The notes under the pieces were generated by a model. It saw only the letters and a list, made by a program, of their open reading frames with translations, made no database searches and was not told where the DNA came from. A stretch of DNA of 64,000 nt. Origin: Ptychomitrium polyphyllum. Lineage: Eukaryota. The stretch covers positions 18,538,001-18,602,000 of the forward strand of contig OZ316775.1 in the NCBI GenBank assembly GCA_973851085.1. The letters are read 5' to 3'. Both the position numbers and the translations under genes were made by a program. Numbering within the stretch: position 1 is the first letter of the stretch; each line of letters starts with the position of its first letter. This document shows positions 23,998 through 37,500 of the stretch, in pieces.

Positions 23998-26900
23998 GAG
24001 AAGCAAACTATGATTCTCATCTGCATTGTCACTGTTAAGCCGGTTGTGCACATTTGCCCACTGAAGAATTAGCGATTCTAGCGAATAAAGGAGCGGTGCC
24101 TGGAGCTCGATACACATCTGCAACCAGTGTTGTATGTGAGTTTGTCAATGTCGCCATCCATCTTTTTAACATCTAGTGTCAACGATTGATACTAGCGTTG
24201 ATATCAGTTTTGATTCAGAAGTTAGAATTGCGCATATTACACAAGAGTGGTTCTGCATTATTAGATTCTCAGGGTTACTCTCGTGAAATTCATGGTTCAG
24301 TAGGAGCATTAATCTCCTTACAACTGCCAAGAGCAACCAACTCTTTGCTTGTTGTAATCTATGCACAATAGATTACTTTTGGGCTGTTCCCCTGCACTGT
24401 TTCAAGATCTACTTCAGTTAGCATAACATTCGGATTTAGCACGAACTTGTACACCTGAGTCGCTGGTACATTTGGTGTCGACCACGTTATCTTGGCGTTG
24501 TTGCATGTTTCACGAATAGGATATAACCTTTTGCTATGTAAATTCCGACATGTAATAAGAGCTTGTAAACTTTTCTTTCATTTGTCCTTTCAGAATGGAA
24601 GAGTGAAAGTATGATTGTATGTCTGCTATATGAGGGAGGCTGACGATACTCTTAAATCTAGGAACAGTTTCAATGGAAGTATTAACGCATTATCATGCAA
24701 GCAAGGAGCAGATTTTATCTTGTGCAACAGTTTTTCACCGGAACATGATCTGTGTTGTAGTACCGATAATTGTTTTAGTTATTGATCAGAAAAAGCATAT
24801 ATTTCCCAATGGCTTCGTTAAAAACGCAGTGTATGCAGGAACTGTTATCTCAAATCTCTCCTGCAGTACTATAATATCATGGATCAGTCACTCATCCATG
24901 CAGGTAGTCATGTAACTGACGTCGTAGGCACTTCGAATGCTCGGTAATGTCTTCCAGCACCTGAGTGGATGACGCTGCAGCAGTGAATAAATTCGATTCC
25001 TTTCATTTTATAACTTCGAGTCTTCTCTGAAGAAATACACACAGGATTTTACAATAAAGCAGCTGTTCCCTATTGAAAATTGGATTGAATAAAGAGTTTC
25101 ATAAGATCAAGTTTTCTTAATTCATGTGCAAACGCCACATATATTGCATAAAATCTCAAATCATCATATCATTGACGTAAAGGATTGTCCATTCTCATGT
25201 TCAAGAGTTCAAGAGTGCCATGGACTGTATGGACTTGAGGGAGCTTGGATCTACTAAAATGCAAGTTTTTAACACTATCCTCATTATTTTCAATTTACAG
25301 TATTTGGTTTCTATGAGATTTAGTGTATTTAGCTTTTGGATTTCTAAAAGCTTTAATGAGCAATTGGGTTAAAATTAATTATCAATACATAATTTTGTAA
25401 TTAAAGGCTATTTAGTTCAATTCACAAACCACAAATTCTTTTTGTGAATGAATATACAATATTAAATGAGTTGATTTGACATTAATAGAATGTATGCTTT
25501 TTAAGAATTATTTAAGAAACATGTGAAAATTTAACCAAACTAAATCTTCAATGATTTTAGTTCAAAATTGCCTTTCATAATCAATATGTAGCGAGTTTTA
25601 CAATTCAACTTCATTTTTGGAAAAAATTATATGTTTAATTAGACTTTGAAATACAAACTTCAATATTTTATTTAAAAATTTTAGTCATAGCAATAAGAAG
25701 TTTCATCATATATTATAATTCAAAAGTTACAACTTCAATTTTTTTAAGATTAAGAAATGTCTTTAAATTTGAAGACTTGTAAAAATCTAATTTAAGAACA
25801 ATTATAAGATAAATTTAAGAGTTAATTCATAATTGAAAATCACATTAATATTTGAGAATAATCATAAAGATTATATTTTGGATCATTTTTCATAAAGTTA
25901 AATCTACCTTTGATATTATTAACATTTATATATTAAGCTTAAATTTATTTTTTATAAAAAAAATTAACATAAAAAAGATTGCAATATAAACAAGTTTCTT
26001 GTCTACAATCTTCAATCTTTGTGTGAGGTTATTTTTAGTTACAAATGAAGAATATAAAATAGTCATTATGTGATTCATAACAACAAAGATTGAACCAATG
26101 TTTTTTTTGAAAAACCAAGCATTGTAATTGTACTCAATTTTAGTTTGATAATAGATACATTGTGCATTTGAATAAAGACATAGTTTTTGGAAGAGTTAAA
26201 GAGTGATAAGACTCAATTAGAACAATTTTATAAGGCCTGTAAGAACATTTCTTATAATAAATTTGTATTATATAGGCATATAACATGAATAAACATCTTT
26301 TTAATATTAGTATGTTTGTTTTTCTTTAGTGGTTTTGAATTTTTAGATTCTTTGATTTTCTTCTTCTTTCCTTTCTTATTTATTTTCTTCTTTCTATTGT
26401 ACTAAGCTCAATTAAAATTTATCTTTGTACAAGTTGCTCTTATACCAAGTGAATATCTCACAACTCCGCAAGTCATTATACAAAGATTGTTAGCAGTCAC
26501 TTGATCATTAGCACAACCTACATTGGATCAAGAGCCACTAGGCAAATTATTAAATTTGAAGTTAATGCCTAGTTGCTAGCAAAAAATTGTAGGAACATTA
26601 ACTGATGCTATTCAAACAGGTGTAGGAACATTAAATAAAAATTTTGTTGCTCTTGGAGTTATGGAATTTCAATTTATGGGAGGGAGGTAGTTTGATTGTA
26701 TTGTCAAAACTTCTTTTAATTCCAACTTTCTCAAAGATAATGAACTAATCATTTCAATTTTGTACTTTAAATAAGTTAATTTTTTTTGTTATAAACAAAA
26801 TAACAAATAATTAAGATGATTTATATGCTTTTGTAATTTGGGTTTGTTACAAATAAAATAACAACAAGGCAAGGCTTCAAGACTTTAAGATATAGAATAA

Positions 26901-29900
26901 GATATTTTCAAGATATATTAGAAATAAAGAGCTATAATAAGATACAAAGACAAAACTAGGAGGTGTAAGCTAGTCCATAAGAGATGCATTATCGAGACTA
27001 AAAATCTATTCAGCCTCAATTCATTTATATATTAAAACTACAAGCCTTGGAAGTTTCTTGAGAAGCTTTCATAATAATGCTTTGTATTCAAACAATCTTG
27101 GATTGTTTCATTAGAAGTTTTGTTAGCCAAAACAATTTCTTTGGTTTTTTTTAACATTCTAGGAATCTTTCTAAAAACTTGTAATATATATATTTGTGAT
27201 ATCACCTCTCCTTCTAGCTTCCAAGTCTTCAAAGAACATGTTGGAAAAAGTGCTCAAAGCTGTAAAAGTTAAAAATTTGTTGCATGATATTTGCAATGTG
27301 CTCCAATTGCCTAACACAATTCAAATGATTCATAAATCCTTGCAACTATCATAAGTGACCAATGCCTTCCATTTGAAACCAAGTATGAATTTCTTTATTT
27401 TTGTTGTAAAAGCGTTTTTCAAATACCGCAGTTGGATAATCTTCATAAGTAGGCTCCATTTCAAAAACAATTATCAACAATCTATTATTAAATATCCTTT
27501 GTCAAATTTTTGAGCCAATCTGTTTTCATCTTGAGGTTGTCAATATGAGTTACTTGGTTAAGATAATAACAGTGCCATAGATTGTACATCTCAACAATTG
27601 TTTCATATTTAATATACCAAATTTTTCTTAAAGAACTATGATAAATTCAAAATACAAAGGACTAGACTCTAAATCATGTATGGAACTTTGGTAACTTATG
27701 TTCTAGGAATTGCTCTATACCTTGCTTAGAAGCCCAAGAATTAAGAATCTTTAAGATTATGCAATTTTACCAAGCTGGTGTTCTTTGTGCTTACTACTTT
27801 TGCTTTGAATGGATGTTATTGAAGGAATTTACAAATTTTTATTGGCAAATTGGCAAGATTGTTAGTTAGTTCCCATGTGCATTCATTGATGTCATATTTA
27901 AGCCAATGGACCAAATATTCTAACTTTCCACATTTTATCCTTAAATCAAGCACTTCTTCCACTTCAAATTCACAATGATCATCGATTTTTACTACAAGTA
28001 GTAGCAATTGTCTTGGTTTAGAGATAGTTGATTCTTTATAAGCTTTTAAAAGTACAATGTAGAATATTGGATGTACTTTCATTGATGTTAATAGCTTTAA
28101 ACAGTACGTCACATAGTTGATTTGTTTTTTAATTGCAAATGGTCCCAACTTCAACTTGCAATAGTTTAGCTTATTACAAGACTCGTTGGTTTTATATTGC
28201 ATCAAAGGAGCCTCACCTTCTTACCAACTTGAATTAAAAGTTGTATACTTTTTGTTGCATCTGTTGCTACTTTGTATTTGTTCTTGAGCTTCTTCTAATT
28301 CAATTTTTGGGGTTGCTTGAAATTTTGCCATTCTTATGAGAAATTCCTCTATATCTAGATTCTCAAATTCTAGAGGTTGTATTATATCCATTTATGAATG
28401 ATGTCCATAGTTGGAGTAGAATGGCGTTTATTGGGTGGAAGAATGAACGTTGTTGTTGTAGACAAACTTAGCTAATGTTAAGTAGAGTGTCCAATCATCT
28501 TATTGATAATTGATGGTATACTTTAGGTATTGCTTGAAGATTTAATTGACTTGCTCTATTTGGCCATCAAACTGAGGATAGAAGATAGAAGAGAGTTTGA
28601 TGTCCACCTTAAAGATTTCAAAGAATGATTTCCAAAATTTTAATATGAATTGTGGCCCACAATTTAATATAATATTGTCAACCATTCTGTGGTAGCAATA
28701 AACATCATCTATAAAGATTGTGACAATTCCTTTGTTTATAATTGCCTTCTTCCAGGATACAAAATGTGTAGTCTTGATCAACCAGTCTACTATTACAAAG
28801 ATGGTATTAAAGTTTTTTAATGGTGGAAGATCTATCATGAAATCTATAGAAATAAATGACTACGGTTTTGTTAGAAGAATAGTAATTGAATAAGTCCATT
28901 TGGGCAATGTTGAGGATTCTTTGACTAAAACCATATATTACACAAGAGTACAAATTGTTTAACAGCTTTCCACATTTGAGGCCACCAAAAGTCTCAAGAG
29001 AGAAGTTCCAAAGACTTGTTGAATCCAATATATCCAACCACAGGAAAGTCATAATGTGTTTGAAGTATACAACAACAAATTCATCATTTAGGAATATATA
29101 GGCATCTTTCAAAGTATAAGAAGTTGTTCTCAAACTTGAACTTAGACACATCTTTAAGAAGATTATTGGAATGAGTTGTGATATTAAGAATAAGAGCGTC
29201 TATGGTAGATGCCACATGAATCTAGTCAAAGAATGATAAATCGATTAGAGCTAAACAATAGTTGTGCAAAGACAAAATTGTACAAAATTCAATAGAGTTG
29301 TTTGTTGTGATTGTGTGCTGTCTCTTTTTCCTCTGGCTCTTGATACAAACGCTTGGACAAAGCATTTGACAATCCTTGCTGTAACTTGAATCAATATGTG
29401 ATGTGGAAATCAAATCAAGATTAGAATATACTTCAACAAGCTTAACAACAATTTAAGACATGGACTGACATGAAATATTTAAGATTTTTGTGATTCATAT
29501 ATTCAATAATTGGATGAATGGCATCCTTGAGCAAGTGGTGCTATTCTTAGAAAGAATTTATAATTGCAAAGAGTTTGTTATTGTGGATCTTAGAGTTAAT
29601 ATTTGCAATAGATTTTTTTTGGAATGGAATGCAATTGAATAGAATCTCCTTTCTTATCCGAATTATAACAAAATTGTTCTTGATGCAAAAATAGAAGCAT
29701 CTGTCTTCATATAAATTAGCTTAAAAATATTTGGATGGACCAAAATAGAAATTGTAGTGATAGTGTTAAGGGTAGAAATACTCTTCCAAGTATTTCTTAG
29801 ATGGTTGGTCATTGTTCATGTAGTGGTTTACTGAGCATTCTTTAATGAATAAAAAATTACAGCTTTGACCTACAATGCTAAAGCAACTCTCTAATTTATC

Positions 29901-32779
29901 TTAAACAATCAATTAAATGCTAACTTACACTTAATTCATTCAATAATCATAAAACAAAATATAAAAGATTCAAAACATTCTATCAAATTATACAAAAAGC
30001 ATACAATTAAGAAAGAACTCTCAAGACCTAAGCTAGAAATTGTACTTTTCAAAAATAACTCCATGTCATTTTTTTAAGGCGGCTCTATTTAATTTTTAAT
30101 AATTCACTAAATTATAAATGCATAATTCTTCTTAATACAGACAAGCTTTGATATTGACGCTTTTCAAATAATCAACTATCAAATACTCAATTATCAAGTA
30201 TATGGTTATAATGCACTCAATTTAGGGAGTTACCAACTTGAGGTGTCAATTGATAACCAAAATTTAATAAAAGGCTCTTCAAGCTTTGGAATACATCCTG
30301 AGCAGAATATCTCCACTCAAGTTTGTCCTTGCATATTAGTTGCAAAAGTGGATTGGCTGTTTGGACATAGTCTTTGATAAAGATCCTACAAAAGTTTGCA
30401 AATCCAAGAAAGTATTGAATATTGCATATCAATTTTGGCCTTGTCCAATATTGTACAATCTTGGTTTCTTTGACTTCTATTGAATCCATCAATATTCTTT
30501 TATTGGAGATGATGTAGCTAAAGAATTTCACTTGAGGCTTGTAAAAAATATTTTTTTCCAATTTAGTGTACAATCTAGTATCTTATAGGTTTTGTAAGAT
30601 TATGCGAACATGTCATTCATATTCCTTTCAAAAAATCAAGATATCATCCAAATTGCATACAACAAAGTCATTGAAGTATTTGCAAAATATTAAGTGTTGA
30701 AAATGGTGGCTGCAATGATAAATCTAAAAGACATTACATTATACTCGAACTATTCATACTTCATTTGAAACTTTATTTTCTATCCACATCCTTCTTTGAT
30801 GCGCACCAAATTATAGGCCTTTTGCAAATTTAATTTAATATAGATATTTTTTTGGCCAAGTTGATTAAAGAATCAAGATATTAATAAAAATATATATTAG
30901 CACCTTACCATTACTTTGTTGAGGACGTGGCAATCAACAAATATTTGTAAGAATCCATCATTCTTCTTCACAAAAACTATTAGAGTACCACCATGAGACT
31001 TTGAATGTCAAATGAAGTTCATGGATAAGTTTTCATCAAAAAAATATTTCAATGACAAAAGCTCATTTTCTACCAATTTATATATATGCCTGAAATTGAA
31101 TTAATTGTGACAAAGCATTGTCTTAGAATTCGATGGCACAATTGTATTGCTAATGATCCAGTAGGTATTTGCATTCTTCTTTTTGAATACATCTTAGAAT
31201 TCTTTATACTTTTTTGTAATGATCAATGATGAGGCTACATCTTTGAACATTGAAGTTGCACAAACAACCAAAAAAGTGCTCATTTTTACCACCCTCATGA
31301 ATGCTCTAGCTCCAATAATAAGAGGTTTCATAATCTTATATTTGTAACATGCGGATTGTACTTTTTGAGCCAAGAGAGTTTTTAAATGATGGAATTTCAT
31401 AGAGACCTAATGACATCAAACACCACTTGGCTACTATGGTTATCTAATGGTATTTATAATAAAGTGGTCTCATGAATAGCATCTTCAAAGAATAAAGGTC
31501 AGCCATTTATGACTTCTACATGGACGAACTCAGGCTTTCTATTAAAAAGAAACTTATAGGTTTTCAAAAACTCCTTATCAATGAAACAAACAAATGCTGC
31601 AATTCCAACAAAGCAAGGCTTTTGAATTTTTGAACATCCAAGTAAACAAGTATAATAAAGCTAGAAGAATGATGAGCTATTAATACAAGACCTTTTTTTC
31701 TTGTGAAGAAAGTGAATCCAGCCTTATGATTCCTATTCTAATTGGATGTCCTCGTTTTTTCGCAAAACATTTGGCGCCACGGTTGTATCTTTCATTCAAT
31801 GTGTACGTAGGGATTTCTTGAAACAACTATGAACCTTGTAGTTAGATTTTCTACAGTACAAATACAAGCCTTGCTTCCTTTGACACTTCTTATCAAATTT
31901 GATAAGTGGCTTGAAGCAAATTGCATCAATCTATATGGCTTCTACTTCCAAATATTCATTGAAGGTTGATGGAGCTGAGGCTACTAAGAAATTGGTATAT
32001 GGCCGCAACATAATCAAAGCCCATTTATCTTACCAATGTTGAAATAGACGGTTATCGTACTTCAGAGCTTGGCTAATGGCTTCATCAAGTGTTTGGAAAT
32101 TTGGCATGGACGGCAATAAATTTTTAAATTTGTCATGTACGCTTCAATGAAATTGACTGAGCAAAGTTTTTTCTCCCCAATTAATGTTGCATGCAAGTTG
32201 CCAAAATTCCAATGCATGGATTGATATCAAATGTGATTTTTGGTATAGAGTACAAATTGTAGTGGTTGCAAACAAAGCTTGTAATGCTTACCAAATGCTT
32301 CTATAAACACAGCTAGGAATGAATAAAAGTTGTTAAATATGGGAGACTTTTTCTTAAAAAGTAGTGCTTAACCTAATAATATTTGTTATGCAAAGAACGT
32401 TTCTATCAAACCAATGCATTCTTGTAGTAATAGAATTTATGTTTAAAAAGCACTAGGCCTATGATATCACATAACTTTTTTTTGGCACTAATTATTTAAG
32501 AAAAGAAAATAAGATGATAAAATACAAATGCCTATATTAATAATTGTTTTCAAGTTGGAAAAGTACAATGTGGTATCATTTTATATATAAATCCTTTGAC
32601 TTTTATTTAAAAAATCTTTCCAATTCCATATTAAAGCTTTCATTTATTTTTACTTTTATTTTTTTTTACTTGATATAAGTTCTTTTAAGTCTACACTTGC
32701 TAATACAAACATATTTGGAGAAATAAATTTAAAAAAAACTTCACCTTGTATTTATGAATTCTATTCACTTTATAATCCC

Positions 32780-34290
32780 TTAATCTTAGCTCATAAGTTC
32801 TTTTTTTTTTTAAGAAGTTGAAAGGTCAATTGATGCCCAATGGGCATTTTTTTCACATTATTGCCACATATCCACGTTCACACTTGCTTTCATCTTTAAA
32901 TTAGCGTTGGCCTATTTTCTAGTTTGTATTTTTTAAATATTATAGTTTTTTACAACACAACATTCAACCCTTCCAAACTTACACATCTTGCTTCCTTTAA
33001 CTTTTCAATTGCAATTTCTAAATGTTAAGGTATTTTTTTTTTTATTGAATTTAATATTCAGATAGGATTTTTCTATTATGACCATTTTTTCATGAAAAAA
33101 ACATCCATGTAGGGTAGAACTTTTTAACTGGCATCATTGATTTTTGCCCATTGATTTTTGCCCAAATATCAATTCAATAGGCATATAATCAACCCCTATA
33201 TAATGAATAGTTTTATCTGCTCATAATGCAAATGGAAATAATATAGGCCTCTGAATTGGCTTATCCTTCCATGCTTTTACTAATGTATGAATAATAGGAA
33301 GATGACTTCTTTCAATCTTATGATTAGCTTTTAAATTATAAGAAATAATTAATTTTAATTGAATTCCATATCTTTTGAAAAAATCTCTTGTCTGAGTAGC
33401 ATTCAACTTTCTTCTATTAGCTTCCATCCTTCCAATGCTTTTATATCTATTAAAAATATCTTCTAAAATAAATTAGCATATTACCTTAAAATTCTTAGTT
33501 TTTGAAGCCCTTCCTTCAACACAATTTGATAGCTCTTCTTTTACCAAAATCAAATATTTCATGCTCCAAAGTTTTGATGGCATAGCTACTAAATCAATAA
33601 TTCATTGGAAATGAAAAAAATATGAATAAATAGGATGAAGTTTGTTCCTATATCTAATCTTAAACTATAGCTTGCACTCTGCACATAAGCTTACAAATTC
33701 TTCCACATCTTCATATAAATCCTTCTACCAAAACTTCTCTTTAATTTTGATATACATGACCCATACTCCTCTATGCCTAATGCAAAAGGAATTGTACAAC
33801 TCCTTTAAATCATTGCCCTTATTTCTAAGATTTCTAACATTCTTAATGGAAATTTATCACCTTTTTTTGGCTTTTTTAAAAAAAAATCATTTGTAAAAAG
33901 ATAATTATAAGATTAACTTTTGATGTCTTTAAAGGATTTTTTCATCCATCCTTCTTGTTTCTTTCGCCTATATTAATAATTCTTATCCAATTTTGGAAAT
34001 TACAATACAATATTAATCTTTACATAAATCTTTTAATTTTTAATCAACTTAAAAAAACTTTACTTTTTTACCTATCAACTCTTCCTCTTTATAACCCTCT
34101 AACCTTGGCTATTAAATTCTCTTTTCTTCTTTAGGAAGTTGAAGGGCCAATTAATGTCCAATTAGCTTTCTATTTATACTGTTGCCACTTCTCCACATTT
34201 ACACTTGCTTTCGTCTTTGGACTAGCTTTTGCTTACTTTTAAATTTATTTATTTTAAATATTTTCATTTTTTACAACACGACAATATAAA
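32780..34290 (-). mobile_element. Fragment of a second Gypsy family (integrase relic) inserted in the outer element
   Basis: ORF 33221 SYNLKANHKIERSHLPII resembles the integrase YxPxxNGxxER region. Flanked by a diverged ~150-bp direct repeat at ~32810-32960 and ~34135-34283. Confidence 0.55.
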
Positions 34291-34598
34291 GCATTTGTAA
34301 GATATTGTCGAAGTTGAAGCAAAGTAACTAATTGAATTTGGTTTACAAAGCTTCAGAGTTTTGAATGCATATTGTTAAACTTCTCTAGAAGGTTTATTCT
34401 TAATTCCTTTGCTGATGATATTGAATTGTTACTTTAAATTTGTGCGTCTTTCATTAAAATAGATTTAAGTAATAAAATGACCAAGATGATTTGAGATAGA
34501 AATTGAGATATTATTATTCTTTTATCATTATATATGATCATATAAAATTCTTCATTTTTCTTAGATAAATTCTTACTTTTGATCTTCAATGCTTCAAG

Positions 34599-37500
34599 TA
34601 TTACGGACATAATAACAACAAAACAAGATTTTAGATTTCTAAAATGTGGAACAAAATATGTCCAAGGTATATTAGAAGTAAAGAGTTATAATAAGATACA
34701 TGGATAGGGCTAGAAAGTATAATCTAGACCACAAGAAATGCGTTGTTGAGACTAAAGATCTTTTCAGCCTTGACTCCTATATATATTAAGATTACAAGCT
34801 TTGATAGCTTCTTGAGAAGCTTGTATTATTTTACTTAGTACTCAAGCAACCTCAAGCTTCTTCCTTGAAGCTTCTTAGACCTTTTAAGAACCTTTTTAGA
34901 TGTTTCTAATATATATGTCTATAACATCACCTCTTCTTTTAACTCCAAAGTCTCTTAAGAGGAGGTTGCAACAAATGCTCAAAGTTGTAAGAAGTCAAAA
35001 ATTTGTTACTAGGTGTCTACAATATACTCCAATTGCTTTTCATGATTCAAATGGTTCATGGGTTCTTGTAACCACCAATAGTGTCCAATGCCTTCTACTT
35101 GGGGCCAAGTATGAACTTTTATATTTTTGTTGAGAAAGCGTCTTTCAAACACTATTTCTGGAAAACCTTTGTAAGTTGATTTCAATTCAAAGGCAATCAC
35201 CAACAATCTACTGCTAGGTATCCTTTGACATCTTCTTAGTCCAATTTATTCATCGTTACAAGGTCATTGACAAAAACCACTTAGTTGAGTTGACAGCATT
35301 GTCATGATATCTGCATCTTGACTATCCATATCTAATATATTGAGGTATTTTCAAAGAACTATAGTAAACTTCAAAATACAAACAACTAATTTCTAAATCA
35401 TGTTTGGAGCTTTGGAAACTTATGGTCTAGAAATTACTTTTTTTTCTACTAAAAAGCCCAAGAATCAAGTGCCTTTAAGGTTACGCAACATACCGAGCCA
35501 TTGTTCCTTGTGCTACTATTTTTTATTTGATTGAATGTTGTCAATGGAACTCACAAACTTTTACTGGTAAATTGGCAAGATTATTAGCTAGCTCCCATAT
35601 ACATACATTTATGTCATATTCTTGCCAATGAACCAAGTATTCCAACTTTCCATGTCTTATCTATCAATCAAACACTCTTTCACTTCAAATACATGATGAT
35701 CGTTGATTTTGACCATAGGTAATAGTAGCTCTTTTTGTCTAAAAATATCTGATTTCTAAAAGGCTTCCAAAAGTGAAACATGGAAGATGAGATGTACTTT
35801 CATTGATGCTAGTAGTTTCAAACAATATGCCACATGGTTGACTTTTTTTTATTGTGAATGGTCCCAATTTGTAATAGTCCAACTTGTTACATAACCTATT
35901 GGTCCTTATAATGCATTAAAAGAGCTACACCTTCTCACCAACTTGAAATCGAGGTCTTTCCTTCCTTGTTGTATTTGCTGCTGTTTTGCATTGTTTTTGA
36001 GTTTCTTCTAGTTGAATCTTCATTGATGCTTGAAGCTCTACCATCCTTGTGGCAAATTCCTCTGCTGCTGGATCTTTAGATTGTAGAGGTTGTAACATAT
36101 CCATCTTTGAATATTGTCCATAATTGGAGTAGAATGACGTTTGTTGGATAGAAGTATAAATGATGTTATTGTAGACAAACTTAGCCAATGCTAAATAGGA
36201 AGTCCAATCATCTTATTGGTAGTTGATGGTATATTTTAGATATTACTCTAAGATTTGGTTAGCTTGCTCTGTTTGAGGATGGAAGGCAAAAGAAAGTTTA
36301 GTGTTTACTTTAAAGATCTCAAAGAGCGACTTTCAAAATCTTGATACAAATTATAGCCCACAATCCAATATAATATTGTTAAGTAGTCCATGGTAGCGGT
36401 AGACATTATTCATAAGAGTGTAGTAGCCTCTTCACTTGTAATCGTTTTCTTGAAAGGTACAAAATGTGTCATCTTGGTCAATTGGTCTACCACTATGAAG
36501 ATGGTATAAAAAAAAATTGATAGTGGAAGATCTGTAATGAAATTAATGGAAATTGACAAATATGGTTTTCTTGAAATTGGTAATGGTTGGAGAAGTCTGT
36601 ATAAACGGTGGCAAGGATTTTTTGACGGAGAGCAAGTATTATACAAGAGTACAAATCCTTTAACGGCCTTCTACATTTAAGGCCATTAAAAGTCTTAAAA
36701 GAAGAGCTCCAAAGTCTTATTGAATCCAAAATATCCAGCCTTAAAAGCGGATGGGTCTTTCAAAAATATATAGACATTTTTGAAAGTATAGAAGATTGTC
36801 TTCACATTTGAAATTAAACACATCTTTAGGAAAGTTGTTGATACAACGCTTGATATTATGAACAAATAGGTCAATTGTTGATGCCACACAAACTTGGTTA
36901 AATAATGATGAATCCATCAGAGTTGAATTGGTGGTTGTGCGTAGACAAAATCATTTGGGCTTCAACTGTGTTGCTTCTCCCTCCTTTAGCGTAAGAATTG
37001 ACCGCCTCGACAAAGCATGTGACAACCCTTGTTGTTTTTTAGGTCAATATGTAATGTAAAAATCAAATCAAGATAGAAACATACTCCAACAAGCTTAGAA
37101 GCGATTCAAAACACGGACTAACATGAAATATTTCAAATTCTTGTGGTTTGTATATACAACAATTGGATGTGCGGCAGCCTCGAATAAATGGCGCCATTCT
37201 TGGAAGGAATCCACAATTGCAAGAAATTCCTAGTCATGGATCTTATAGTTGATTTTTGCAACTGAATTTTTTTAGAATGGAATGCAACTGGATGGACTCT
37301 CCCTTCTCCTCCTGATTGTAATAAAACTGCTACTAATGTAATGTCAAAAGCATCTCTTTTAGAATAAAATTGCTTTAAAAAATCCAGATAGAGTGGAATA
37401 AGATTTGTGGTAAAAGTTTGCTTTAAAATTTGGAATGCATCTTCAGCATTAGTTCTTCACTCAAGCATTTCCTTGCATGTTAGTGAGTAATGCAACTATT

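Noticed and set aside
23016..24123. Long antisense and alternative-frame ORFs over STIG1-like B (also + ORFs over 51-626)
   Set aside because: Shadow ORFs produced by GC-rich repetitive coding sequence.
29764..30248. TG..CA-bounded insert in the outer Gypsy RNase H region as a distinct element
   Set aside because: Probably another solo LTR, but there is no clear target-site duplication or second copy in the window, so it is not called separately.
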